NCBI GenBank assembly: GCA_937903325.1
Contig: CALCZR010000060.1
Location: 210,404 to 274,403, forward strand
Length of the DNA stretch: 64,000 nt
Direction: 5' to 3'
Origin: an uncultured Candidatus Saccharibacteria bacterium
GTDB lineage: Bacteria; Patescibacteriota; Saccharimonadia; Saccharimonadales; AWTP1-31
The notes below the pieces were generated by a model. It made no database searches. It saw nothing but the letters and a program-made list of their open reading frames with translations, and was not told the origin of the DNA. Below are positions 1 to 9,338 of the stretch, one piece after another; within the stretch, counting starts at the first letter, position 1, and each line of letters opens with the position of its first letter. Made by a program: the position numbers and the translations under genes.

Positions 1-1008
1 GGGCTAACTTCCAAAACAACCAGAAGAGTAATCGGCAAGCCTATTGGCTATAGCACTATTTACAGGATGTTTACCAACCCCTTTTACGCTGGAATGATCC
101 CCCACAACGGTGAACTGCACAAAGGTAATCACGATGCCATGATTTCACTAGAACAATTCGATCTCGCCCAGAAACTCCTAGGCCAAAAAGGTAAGCCACG
201 ATCTGGGATAAATCCTTATGCCTATGCTGGTCTAATAAAGTGTGGTGAGTGTGGCTGTCAGATAGTTGGCAAAACCAATCAGAAATATAATAAAACCGAA
301 GGTAGAGTTAAGACATACGTTCACTACTACTGCACTAGAAAGAGCCTTCTCCGTCCATGCACTCAAAGCAAGTACACATCCCTGGAAGCATTAGAATTAG
401 AGATTGACCATGTACTTGATAAGGTCACGATTTTGCCAGAGTTTAAAGAACTAGCGCTTGATATTCTTCGCCGAAAACATGCTACCGAAACAAAGGAGAG
501 AACTTCTACTTATAATTCTCAATTTGTAGATCGTAAAAGAATCCAGGATCAATTAGACAAGCTTGTAGATATGCGTACAAACGATCTATTAACCGACGAA
601 GAGTATTCCAGTCAGAAAAAGCGTTATAACCAAGAACTTAATGAGCTGGATGGTGATTTAAGACAAACTGAAGTAAGGGCTAACAATTGGATACAGGCTG
701 CTGAGCAAGCATTTGAATTTATCACCAACGCCAAAGAAACATTCAAGAATGGTAGTCCTGAAGATAGACGAAGAGTATTCATGGGATTAGGTCAGAACTT
801 TACACTTAAAGATCAGAAATTAGACGTAGAACTTCGTGAGTGGCTAGTGCCAATCGCTAATAACTACCAAGATCTTGAACAAACATATTTAGACAGGGTG
901 CGAACAAAACAAAAAACTTCCTCTACTACTGTGAGTGAGGAAGCTTTTACATATGTTTCTGAAAACTGGAGGGCCAGGAGGGACTCGAACCCTCGACATT
1001 CTGCTTAA
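1..1008 (+). CDS. large serine recombinase, C-terminal part (5' end cut by window edge)
   Basis: Frame open from nt 1 (GLTSKTTRRVIGKPIGYSTIYRMFTNPFYAG). Recombinase-domain motif, zinc-ribbon CGECGC...YYCTR and a long coiled-coil tail. The last 14 codons are antisense to tRNA-Lys. Confidence 0.75.
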   Translation, partial: GLTSKTTRRVIGKPIGYSTIYRMFTNPFYAGMIPHNGELHKGNHDAMISLEQFDLAQKLLGQKGKPRSGINPYAYAGLIKCGECGCQIVGKTNQKYNKTEGRVKTYVHYYCTRKSLLRPCTQSKYTSLEALELEIDHVLDKVTILPEFKELALDILRRKHATETKERTSTYNSQFVDRKRIQDQLDKLVDMRTNDLLTDEEYSSQKKRYNQELNELDGDLRQTEVRANNWIQAAEQAFEFITNAKETFKNGSPEDRRRVFMGLGQNFTLKDQKLDVELREWLVPIANNYQDLEQTYLDRVRTKQKTSSTTVSEEAFTYVSENWRARRDSNPRHSA

Positions 1009-1043
1009 GAGGCAGACGCTCTAACCAGCTGAGCTACTGGCCC
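967..1043 (-). tRNA. tRNA-Lys (anticodon CTT), CCA encoded
   Basis: Hand-folded cloverleaf: GGGCCAG TA GCTC AGCTGGTTA GAGC G TCTGC CTCTTAA GCAGA ATGTC GAGGG TTCGAGT CCCTC CTGGCCC T CCA. Confidence 0.9.
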
Positions 1044-1113
1044 ATAGGAACAACGGGATAAATAATAGCATGCACCCCTGTTTTTTACAACCCCTCTGTC
1101 CGGATATTAGCTA

Positions 1114-1575
1114 CTACTTACGGCGCCAAACAGTGAACCTGAAACTAATTCCATTCTCAGTTTGTTGTTGCCCGTTTTCAACACATTCAAAGTCCTTGTC
1201 GTATTCTGGAAAGAATTTTGTACAACCAAAGTCAGCATCTAGTAGTGTCAGGTACAGTTCGTCTGCTTGGTCAATGGTCGAGGTAAAGATCTGTGCCCCA
1301 CCGATTACCCAGATGTCTTTGCTGTCATCTAAGGTATTGAGGTATGCTCCGGCGTCATCCACGAGTTCATCTCCAGGGGCCAGGTCAACCCCTTCTCGTG
1401 AAGCCACAATATTATGCCGATCTGGTGCCTCGTGATACGTACCCTTCCCAACCAACGTGGTTTGGTGAGTGATCTTGTCATGGTAGTACTTACGGTCCGT
1501 TGGCAGATCCCACGGAATACGCTTGTCATTCGCCAGTCCTCGTTTGTTGTCTATAGCAGCAATAAATTTGATCAT
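1114..1575 (-). CDS. folA: dihydrofolate reductase
   Basis: 153 aa with MIKFIAAID...RIPW...VIGGAQIF...FFPE pattern. 4-nt overlap with folC. Confidence 0.8.
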   Translation of the reverse strand: MIKFIAAIDNKRGLANDKRIPWDLPTDRKYYHDKITHQTTLVGKGTYHEAPDRHNIVASREGVDLAPGDELVDDAGAYLNTLDDSKDIWVIGGAQIFTSTIDQADELYLTLLDADFGCTKFFPEYDKDFECVENGQQQTENGISFRFTVWRRK

Positions 1576-2852
1576 ATCCCCTCCTTATTCCCTTTCTGTG
1601 ACGTAGCTAGCATGTGCATGTCATGCAACAAGTAAAACGAGCCGGTAGCTAGTTTATGTAAACCTGGTAACTTCATAAGTACGTTATATGCTCGTTTAGT
1701 ATCATGTATCACCTCGACGTTAGTAAAACCCATTTGCTGTGCAGCTTCTATTAGTTGCTCTGGTGGTGTCGAAAACTTACGCAGATCTTGTCCGGCCACA
1801 AAGTCGGTCACAATCAAGTTACTGGCAATAGGCAGCAGCTCATTGAGCACCCCTTGTACCCGCATGTCTTTACTGCGAAGCAAAGCTAAAAGCACATCAA
1901 ACTTCTGACCAGGATACTGCTGCTTTAAGCTATCGCACAAAGCCTGCATTTTCTGGGGGTTGTGAGCAGCATCCAGGATAAGTGTCGTGCCACCTTGCTG
2001 AATAGTCTCCATTCGAGCAGGGATATAGGTATGTACGGTAGCCTCCAACTGTCTGGGGTCAAGAATATCTACTCCATCCTGATCCAGTACATATGCACTG
2101 ACTTGATTCGCCAGTGACCAATTACGTTGCTGATATAACGGCAAAGATCGAGCAACTGTATCTTCTTTCTGTGTGAGTACCGCCAACTGAGCCCCTACTT
2201 TTCGGGCCGACTCTGCAAACACATCTAAGATATCCTGGTCCTGCTCTAAACAGAAAGCCTGGGAGTCGGGCAGTATAATGCCAGCTTTCTGAGCGGCAAT
2301 TTCTGCGATGTCATTACCAAGAATATCCACATGATCCAGCCCGATATCTGTCAGAACTGCAACTTTATCTGACCGTGTAACTACGTTAGTTCCGTCCAGC
2401 AGCCCACCCAACCCCACTTCTATAACGGCATAATCCACTTTCTCCTGTGCAAACTTCCAGTAAGCAAAGGCTACTAATAGTTCGAAGTATGTTGGCGTAA
2501 CGTCGGATTTGCTTATTAGCTCCACGAACTGCGAGAAAGCCTCGCAGTACTTCTGCTCGCTGAGTGGCTCAAGATTTATCTGGACCCGTTCTGCAACCGT
2601 ATCTACATGTGGTGAAACTGTTAGCCCGACCTTCTTGCCTGCCTGATGCAAGTGGCTGGCGATAAAGTAGGCAGTAGAGGTCTTGCCAGATGTTCCAGCA
2701 ACGTGCACCACTTTGTAGCTGTCTTGCGGATTTCCTAGGTGTCGCATGAGGGCGCGCATGGTATCGAGCTTGTAGTTGCTGCGCATCGCCCGAGCAGGTG
2801 GGATGTGTTTAGCTAAAACCGTATCTACATCGGCAAACGAACGAATTTGCAT
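1572..2852 (-). CDS. folC: folylpolyglutamate synthase / dihydrofolate synthase (Mur ligase family)
   Basis: 426 aa with P-loop HVAGTSGKTST and Mur-ligase middle/C-terminal pattern. Confidence 0.8.
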   Translation of the reverse strand: MQIRSFADVDTVLAKHIPPARAMRSNYKLDTMRALMRHLGNPQDSYKVVHVAGTSGKTSTAYFIASHLHQAGKKVGLTVSPHVDTVAERVQINLEPLSEQKYCEAFSQFVELISKSDVTPTYFELLVAFAYWKFAQEKVDYAVIEVGLGGLLDGTNVVTRSDKVAVLTDIGLDHVDILGNDIAEIAAQKAGIILPDSQAFCLEQDQDILDVFAESARKVGAQLAVLTQKEDTVARSLPLYQQRNWSLANQVSAYVLDQDGVDILDPRQLEATVHTYIPARMETIQQGGTTLILDAAHNPQKMQALCDSLKQQYPGQKFDVLLALLRSKDMRVQGVLNELLPIASNLIVTDFVAGQDLRKFSTPPEQLIEAAQQMGFTNVEVIHDTKRAYNVLMKLPGLHKLATGSFYLLHDMHMLATSQKGNKEGI

Positions 2853-2866
2853 AGAAACTGAAGTAT

Positions 2867-3253
2867 CTAGGACTTCCTCTTTCTAGCTTGGTGTTTTTCG
2901 ACCTTGTCATGCATATGACGAAAATGTTCACGAAGCGCTTCTAATTCAGCATCACTCATATCGTCAAGGTCCAGATAGGCATTAGATGCGCCTTTAATAC
3001 TTTGTATGAGTTCGTCTAGTTGCAAGTGCATACTACGAGCATCTCGGTTTTGTGTGTTCTGAATTAAGAAAACCATTAAGAAAGTTACGATGGTCGTGCC
3101 TGTATTAATAATCAGCTGCCAGGTGTTTGAAAAATCAAATAACGGACCGGTCACACCCCAGACAATAATGACTAATGCGGCGATAATAAAGGACCAGGCA
3201 GATCCCACAATTGTTGACACACGAGCAGAAAATTTGCGAAATGGTTCATTCAT
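2867..3253 (-). CDS. low-affinity iron permease family membrane protein
   Basis: Two TM helices then FLIQNTQNRD...LQLDELI motif. ATG at 3253 preferred over the upstream GTG at 3271. Confidence 0.55.
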   Translation of the reverse strand: MNEPFRKFSARVSTIVGSAWSFIIAALVIIVWGVTGPLFDFSNTWQLIINTGTTIVTFLMVFLIQNTQNRDARSMHLQLDELIQSIKGASNAYLDLDDMSDAELEALREHFRHMHDKVEKHQARKRKS

Positions 3254-3284
3254 AATCCTACTGTAACACACCTATAGTATTGCT

Positions 3285-4022
3285 TTGTACGCTATAATAA
3301 TGCTTATGCAAATCCCGCTTAACATTTTGCACGACTACATCGGTGCCATCGTTATGGGTGGTCTCTCTATTGATCTATTGAGACGCAATCATCGTAAACC
3401 AAATAGTACTACCCTCCATTTCGGATTAGCTACCGCCTGTATGGCACTGGCGACTATTGCCTTTGGATTTCCTGCGCTTTTAACGCATGACACTTATCGT
3501 CTGAGCATTGGCACGTTTGTCGGAGATCTTTTCGCTACTGCAGCTATGCTGTTTCTCTGGTTTATTAGCATCCGCGCGTTCCTAGCGACAAGGCCACGAC
3601 TCTCCCAAATTGCCAATGTGCTCGTTGTCCTTCTGACAGTCGCATGCATTGCTGAAGGTATCCACCGCAACCTGACACCACCATATGGTACGTCTGTTAT
3701 TGTCCACGATGGCGGACAACTTGCCCTGGTCTATACAGACAGCCTCCTCTATAAGATCTTAAATCCCATCGACAGCCTTGCGCTGGTGCTTATAAGTATC
3801 TACTTCTTCAGGCAAGCTAGTATCCCGACTGAGAAAAGCCAGCGACTGAGACTAAAGAGTGTCTCTATTGGCTTCATTTTTGGTGCTCTTGCATTCTTGA
3901 TTACACCGACGCTCCCCCTTAACCAGCAACTTCCATTCACCGCCATTATGCTTGGCATTGGCTTTTTGACTATTGCTATAGCCGGCATTATGAGTATCTG
4001 GCTCATGCCTAAAGAACGGTAA
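3285..4022 (+). CDS. polytopic membrane protein, unknown function
   Basis: 245-aa ORF with about 7 hydrophobic segments. Start uncertain (TTG at 3285, ATGs at 3300/3306). Confidence 0.5.
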   Translation: MYAIIMLMQIPLNILHDYIGAIVMGGLSIDLLRRNHRKPNSTTLHFGLATACMALATIAFGFPALLTHDTYRLSIGTFVGDLFATAAMLFLWFISIRAFLATRPRLSQIANVLVVLLTVACIAEGIHRNLTPPYGTSVIVHDGGQLALVYTDSLLYKILNPIDSLALVLISIYFFRQASIPTEKSQRLRLKSVSIGFIFGALAFLITPTLPLNQQLPFTAIMLGIGFLTIAIAGIMSIWLMPKER

Positions 4023-4036
4023 TACAGTCTTGGTCC

Positions 4037-5797
4037 TTAGTTAAAGATATTGGCAACTTCGTTCTTAACCACATTGCGCTGGTCTACCGCCTTAACTGCC
4101 TGAACTGGCAGAATAATGGAAAATGTTGAACCTTCTTTAACCTTGGAATTTAACTTCAGCTCTGCTCCAATGCGATCGGCAAGCTTAGCTGTAATAAACA
4201 GCCCCAATCCCGTACCACTAGTAGACCTGGTAAGCGGGTCTTCACTGCGCCAGAACTTCTGGTACACTTTGGCTTGCTCGCTCTTGGAGATGCCAGCACC
4301 GGTATCTGCTACGCTGAAAATAACGTGTTCTCGGTCAATGGCTTGGCCCGTTACTGTAATACCACCTTCGGTTGTATATTTAATTGCATTGGTAATGAAG
4401 TTCTGTAGTATCTCCCTAAAGTACAGTCGTGAAGTAGTAAGAGCTGGCGTTGAAGGGGCAATAGCAATCTTGATATACAGTCCCTTCTTGTCTGCCTGAG
4501 GTCTATACGTTTCTTCGAGTTCCTTCATTACGTCCGAAACCGTAAAGGTCTCTACTTCCATACTGTTGTCATCGCGCTGTGCTCGAGATAGAGCCGAAAG
4601 GTCGTTGACCATGTCAGCCAAGAATACTACTTGGTCGTGAGCCTTCACGACCGAAGCTTTAACATCTGCTATGTTTACTTGTGGCTTGTCAGTCAATAGA
4701 ACGGCCATAGACATCTCTCCCTCGGCAATAGTAATAGGCGTGCGAAGCTCATGACTCACTTCTGATATAAACAGATCACGCTCTTCGTCCAGAGATTTCT
4801 GGAGTGTGATGTCACGGAGCAGGAATGTGAATCCCTGTTGCTTAGCCAGAACGGCAGAGCGAGCGATACGACTAATATTAATGTCCAGCGCCACCTTATC
4901 CTGATCCCCAAAGTCTATATATAAATCTTCGCGGCGTTGCATGTAGTTAGTCTGACGGGCTACCTCCATGATATCTACTTGCTGACCAATTGGGTCTTTT
5001 GTCTTTAGGTACTGCGTAATCGAGGCGCCTGCAAGCATCGTATTGGTGTCAAGTAGGTCAAGTGCTGCAGCATTGTAGTTGAGTATTCTGCCCTTCTCAT
5101 CCGTGGCAATAACTGCATCAGTCATAGAGTTAATTAACGCCACCATACGTCCGTGCTCAAACTCCGCCCTGAGTATCTTCTGCTGCATTTCGGCGCGTTT
5201 CTTGCGGTCACCAAATGCTTGGCGGGTAATAACTGCATTAACCGCTACGATTATGGCAAATTCTGCAGCAATCCGCAGCAATGTATGTCGATCCAATCCA
5301 TTGTTCTGGTAGAGCGAACCCATAATCATGGTCACCAGCAGTCCGAGGGCGCTTAGGAATACACCTTTGGCCTGGTAGAAGAATTCGGCCAGGTACATAA
5401 ACATAACCCACAGGTACAAGTAGTACGAAAGACTCGGGACGATGAAGATCAACATGAAACTCAGCAGCCAGTGGTAAGAATACAGATAGAAGGCGTGTGC
5501 ACGCCCAAACCGCAGACGAGTAATGAAGTGACTGAGAGCAAAAGAACTAATGACGAGTGAAAAGCCGATTACCAAAAAACCATTTTTGGAAAACGTCTGG
5601 TTATTGGCAAAATTAATGAGCAGCAAAATAGCCACCCCCAGTGCAGCCGGGCTGATAACTCTGGGTGAAATAGCAATTTCTTCTTGCTCTGGTGCAGGGG
5701 GGCCTTGAGCCATGATGCTATTCATTATACCGGTTACGCTTATATAGGTATACCGGGTTTTACGGTTTTGGTAATTACCTGACCATCCTGTCGGCAT
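4037..5797 (-). CDS. membrane sensor histidine kinase (multi-TM, PAS-like, HisKA, HATPase_c); no adjacent response regulator
   Basis: H-box SHELRTPIT, N/G boxes (NAIKYT, DTGAGI, GTGLGL). Start uncertain; internal ATGs near 5725/5713. Confidence 0.8.
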   Translation of the reverse strand: MPTGWSGNYQNRKTRYTYISVTGIMNSIMAQGPPAPEQEEIAISPRVISPAALGVAILLLINFANNQTFSKNGFLVIGFSLVISSFALSHFITRLRFGRAHAFYLYSYHWLLSFMLIFIVPSLSYYLYLWVMFMYLAEFFYQAKGVFLSALGLLVTMIMGSLYQNNGLDRHTLLRIAAEFAIIVAVNAVITRQAFGDRKKRAEMQQKILRAEFEHGRMVALINSMTDAVIATDEKGRILNYNAAALDLLDTNTMLAGASITQYLKTKDPIGQQVDIMEVARQTNYMQRREDLYIDFGDQDKVALDINISRIARSAVLAKQQGFTFLLRDITLQKSLDEERDLFISEVSHELRTPITIAEGEMSMAVLLTDKPQVNIADVKASVVKAHDQVVFLADMVNDLSALSRAQRDDNSMEVETFTVSDVMKELEETYRPQADKKGLYIKIAIAPSTPALTTSRLYFREILQNFITNAIKYTTEGGITVTGQAIDREHVIFSVADTGAGISKSEQAKVYQKFWRSEDPLTRSTSGTGLGLFITAKLADRIGAELKLNSKVKEGSTFSIILPVQAVKAVDQRNVVKNEVANIFN

Positions 5798-5847
5798 ATC
5801 CGTTTACTGGGGTATACTGGTATAAACACTTTAAGTAAGGAATTACC

Positions 5848-6438
5848 ATGCAGTACCCACTAGACCTTCGTTTCAAAATCGCCGCCATTGCCAGCCAAAT
5901 CTACGTCACTGACGCCTCCGGCAACACCGTATTCTACGTTAAACAGAAACTCTTCAAGCTCAAAGAGAATATTGAGATCTTCACCGACAGCACCAAAACC
6001 CAAAAGATCTATACCGTAAAGGCCGATCGGATTATCGACTTCTCTCCGGAATTCACTCTGTATAATGCCCAAGATCAAGCCCTCGGCAGCGTCAAACGCT
6101 TTGGGAGGAAGTCCATCTGGAAATCAAACTACGAAGTAAAAGTTGGTCCCTCAGTTCATCTCAAGGTTCAAGAACTTAACCCATGGGCTAAAGTAGCAGA
6201 CAGCTTCTTTGGCGAGATTCCATTCGTTGGTATGCTCAGCGGCTACTTCTTCCACCCAAAATACTCAGTCACCGATGCAACCACCGGTCAGACCGTGGCT
6301 GGACTCGAGAAGCGACCAGCATTCCTCGAAGGACTGTACCGACTTGACCACCAGAACTCGACCTACGACGAATCAAGTCAGCACATATTTGCTGCCCTCA
6401 TGATGGTTGTCGTACTGCGCGAACGAATGCGCGGTTAG
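5848..6438 (+). CDS. hypothetical protein, LURP-one-related / tubby-C-like (DUF567-like)
   Basis: 196 aa with good RBS (AAGGAA). Pattern resembles YxjI/LOR family; weak call. Confidence 0.4.
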   Translation: MQYPLDLRFKIAAIASQIYVTDASGNTVFYVKQKLFKLKENIEIFTDSTKTQKIYTVKADRIIDFSPEFTLYNAQDQALGSVKRFGRKSIWKSNYEVKVGPSVHLKVQELNPWAKVADSFFGEIPFVGMLSGYFFHPKYSVTDATTGQTVAGLEKRPAFLEGLYRLDHQNSTYDESSQHIFAALMMVVVLRERMRG

Positions 6439-6460
6439 TCAACCAGACACCTTACGATGC

Positions 6461-7120
6461 TTAGATCTTAATCCTATCACCCAGGACAGTTTTTTCACCC
6501 ACAACATAGATATTCAGACTAGCCTTAGTGCGGGCTAAGACTTCTCTAAACCTCTGGGACAACTGTAATCTTCCTGCCGCCTGTCCATCACTGGCGAATC
6601 CATATGCTTCGATACCAAATGATCGACAGGTATAGATAACTCGAGGTAAGTGAGCGCTTTCTGAGACAAATATAGCCGCGGTTACATCAAATACTTTTCT
6701 TGTCCGTTCACAGGTTTCATACGTACTCCGCCCCGCAAAGTCTTCAATAACATCTTTGCTACTAATCCCCTGCTTTTGCACAAGGTACTTCTTCATGACT
6801 TCTGGCTCATTATATGCTTTCACACGGTTGTCCCCAGAGACGATAAGCTTTTGTACCTTCTTATCCTTATACAGCTTTGCTCCTGCATCGAGACGTTCTT
6901 GGACGAGTGGTCGTGGCCCATCCGGATCGACGCCTCCACCTAACACCACGGCCACACGCTGTGTAGATAACTGATCCTGCAACAGGATATAGCGAGCGGA
7001 TCGGCCAATAAGCAAATAGTTGGTAACTATACCCAGAATAAGAATATCTAGCAGGACAAAACATCTAATAAGTAGTCTTTTATGTGACTTTGCATGTGCC
7101 TTAAGGCGATCTATTTCCAT
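6461..7120 (-). CDS. SanA/YdcF (DUF218) family protein
   Basis: N-terminal TM, VVLGGGV...RLDAGAKLYK...LIVSGDN...EPEVMKKYL. Confidence 0.6.
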   Translation of the reverse strand: MEIDRLKAHAKSHKRLLIRCFVLLDILILGIVTNYLLIGRSARYILLQDQLSTQRVAVVLGGGVDPDGPRPLVQERLDAGAKLYKDKKVQKLIVSGDNRVKAYNEPEVMKKYLVQKQGISSKDVIEDFAGRSTYETCERTRKVFDVTAAIFVSESAHLPRVIYTCRSFGIEAYGFASDGQAAGRLQLSQRFREVLARTKASLNIYVVGEKTVLGDRIKI

Positions 7121-7150
7121 AGTACTAATTGTACCAAGCCCTACATAGTA

Positions 7151-7423
7151 TCAATCGAGACGTTCCTGTAGCGTAATCTCTACCTCATCACCCTCGTCTT
7201 TGCCGATTAACTCACGTGTCTCTTTCTTAATAGGCAACATCTGTTGGCCATCGCCCATAGCCATAAAGGAAGCCCGAAATGGCTTGCCGTCTATAAGTCC
7301 CGTTATCTTTACGAGCCCACCCGTCCCAAAGAACTCTTTAGCCTTAGGCCAGACTACATATACCCAACCACCAGTCGTATCTGCTCGCTCAAGTACTGCT
7401 TTAAATGTTGCGTCAATCTTCAT
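7151..7423 (-). CDS. DUF1905 domain protein
   Basis: MKIDATFKAVLE...WVYVVWP...GLIDGKPFRASFMAMGDG pattern. The upstream extension of the tracked ORF overlaps the RNHCP gene, so the internal ATG at 7423 was chosen. Confidence 0.55.
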   Translation of the reverse strand: MKIDATFKAVLERADTTGGWVYVVWPKAKEFFGTGGLVKITGLIDGKPFRASFMAMGDGQQMLPIKKETRELIGKDEGDEVEITLQERLD

Positions 7424-7427
7424 ACAC

Positions 7428-7907
7428 TCATGGTAGCAGACCGTGTAGCTGGACAAGTAGCTGCGTCCTATCTTGTTCATCAAGTAAGTAAACGCCCCTC
7501 GACTCAATATCTTGGCGCATACCTTCAGACAATGCGAGAGAGGCAAGAAACACTTTCTCTATTTGCTCCTCAGGATCATCTCGCGCTACACGATTAATAT
7601 CTACTTTTGCACACAACGAACAGGCATGGACAAGCATTATCTCACCCATCTTTCCAAAGCCTTCTTGCTTATAGGTTAGCCCAACCGGCTTCATTCCTCC
7701 TAGGCAGTCGGACTTCCTATCACCAGTGTGCACGTCAACATGCTTTGACCAAAGACATAGATTGCAGTGATTCCTGTTCACTGTCCCCATGAAGTCGTTA
7801 ATGACTACGAAGCTCTTGCAATGCGAGCACCTGAAGCCTCCTGCCTTATGTTCTTTATTCCACTGTCTTATTCTATTTTTATCAAATAACTCATTACTTC
7901 GTTTCAC
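7428..7907 (-). CDS. RNHCP domain protein (Cys-rich)
   Basis: CSHCKS...NRNHCNLCLWSKHVD motif. GTG start with AGGAAAA upstream. Confidence 0.6.
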   Translation of the reverse strand: MKRSNELFDKNRIRQWNKEHKAGGFRCSHCKSFVVINDFMGTVNRNHCNLCLWSKHVDVHTGDRKSDCLGGMKPVGLTYKQEGFGKMGEIMLVHACSLCAKVDINRVARDDPEEQIEKVFLASLALSEGMRQDIESRGVYLLDEQDRTQLLVQLHGLLP

Positions 7908-7924
7908 TTATTTTCCTATGTACT

Positions 7925-7946
7925 AAAAAACCAGCCGCAAGACTGG
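7925..7946 (-). terminator. rho-independent terminator (minus strand)
   Basis: Minus strand CCAGTC-TTGC-GGCTGG followed by TTTTTT. Confidence 0.6.
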
Positions 7947-8110
7947 TCTACTGGATAGTAAAAGGAACTATTTTCTAGATATTATTAATGGATTTTTGAC
8001 CAGCCTTATATACCTCTTCTGCAGAGGCTGCAGCAGTCGCAAATGTCCGAGAGTTATATAAGTTAGTCATACAGGAGCATATTATATATGCTTTTGCTTA
8101 GAAAGCAAGG

Positions 8111-8506
8111 TTACCGGAACGCAGGCCGCCCTGTCAGCACCGCCCAAAGTATTATCAGAGCCGTGATCACCGATACTGGAAGCAATAGATACAAAAACGT
8201 ATTCCTGAGCACATACGCACCTGATGATATGAAGCTAGTCTTTCCTTTTTCACGACCCGAATAATGGATGCCCACTGCGATGAACATCAGTAGACCAATC
8301 AAAAATCCTAGACCAAATACGCTTATCAATATGTTGAAGAGTAATGAACTCCCATCTCTGTAGAAAAATAAAATAAGAGCAGCTAAAAAACTGGTCGTAA
8401 AACCCACCTTGCCGACCCCCTCTAGCCCACTACCCGTTCTGTCAGGCTTGTCATATGCAAACAGACCAAAAATACCAGAATAATTACGAGGGGACTTACT
8501 GCTCAT
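8111..8506 (-). CDS. small membrane protein, unknown function
   Basis: 131 aa with 3-4 hydrophobic helices. Confidence 0.45.
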   Translation of the reverse strand: MSSKSPRNYSGIFGLFAYDKPDRTGSGLEGVGKVGFTTSFLAALILFFYRDGSSLLFNILISVFGLGFLIGLLMFIAVGIHYSGREKGKTSFISSGAYVLRNTFLYLLLPVSVITALIILWAVLTGRPAFR

Positions 8507-8558
8507 GTCCTTATGATAGCAAAAGAGACGCCATCATGACGTCTCTTTAATTTTCAGT

Positions 8559-8635
8559 TGGTACACCCGGACGGATTCGAACCGCCGACCCTCTGTTCCG
8601 AAGACAGATGCTCTAATCCACTGAGCTACGGGTGC
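8559..8635 (-). tRNA. tRNA-Arg (anticodon TCG), CCA encoded
   Basis: GCACCCG TA GCTC AGTGGATTA GAGC A TCTGT CTTCGGA ACAGA GGGTC GGCGG TTCGAAT CCGTC CGGGTGT A CCA (G1-U72 pair). Confidence 0.85.
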
Positions 8636-8687
8636 GTACAACAGGGGTGATTATACAGGGTAAATAGGTAACAAGCAACCGTAGTGG

Positions 8688-9266
8688 TTACTTGTCCTTT
8701 TGCTCAGGCTTCTTTGGGTTTTTTGGTGCGGACTTGAGAAGCTTGCCGTTTTTGTGCTTGTCTGACTGCTTAAGTGACTTTTCTAGAATCTCTAGTACTG
8801 ACTTAGCATGGTCCTTACTCATACCAATACGGGCTACAGCCAGTGGCTGGCTACCTTGCTGGCCGGTACCCTGGAAGAAGTTCATGACCACACCGAAGTC
8901 GTTGATCATGACATGTACCATGTCGGTATATACTACGCGGAGATCTACAGGCATCATCATGGCAACGGGCTGTTCGAGATTAAACATGGCACCTTGTTGA
9001 CCAGCACTCTTGCCATCTACATATCCAGCGAGTTCCCACAGAGTGTCGGCCTCTTCTTCTTTGATCTCTAGATAACTAATAAGAACCATCAGAGTATCTT
9101 CTGCTGGGCGTTGGGCGCCTTGTTCAATACGCTTAAAGGTATCTTCATCTAATTCAATAGCACCAGAAGCTTCGGTAACAGTTCGCTTGCGTGAAATACG
9201 GGCGGCCTTGAGTTTAGCACCTAAAGCACTATAAGGGTTGGCTGGTTGTCCCGCGTCATTACTCAT
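8688..9266 (-). CDS. XRE-family HTH protein with DUF3467-like C-terminal domain
   Basis: HTH segment LGAKLKAARISRKRTVTEASGAIELDEDTFKRIEQG. C-terminal VVYTDMVHVMINDFGVVMNFFQ. ATG at 9266 chosen (MSNDAGQ). Confidence 0.55.
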   Translation of the reverse strand: MSNDAGQPANPYSALGAKLKAARISRKRTVTEASGAIELDEDTFKRIEQGAQRPAEDTLMVLISYLEIKEEEADTLWELAGYVDGKSAGQQGAMFNLEQPVAMMMPVDLRVVYTDMVHVMINDFGVVMNFFQGTGQQGSQPLAVARIGMSKDHAKSVLEILEKSLKQSDKHKNGKLLKSAPKNPKKPEQKDK

Positions 9267-9338
9267 CCCATATATTTTACTCTGGAGCGCAAATCTGATC
9301 AAGTAACCGGTCGAACTATACGGTATGATATATACATT

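Larger units (their letters stand above)
1..1043 (+). mobile_element. right end of a putative integrated element (serine recombinase gene abutting tRNA-Lys); body lies left of the window
   Basis: Recombinase ORF open from nt 1 and overlapping the 3' half of tRNA-Lys. No second att copy is visible in the window. Confidence 0.4.

Noticed and set aside
7424-7546. Upstream extension of the DUF1905 ORF, and likewise 9246-9338 for murB
   Set aside because: The extensions overlap neighbouring genes on the same or opposite strand and add non-homologous residues. Internal ATGs give family-typical N-termini.
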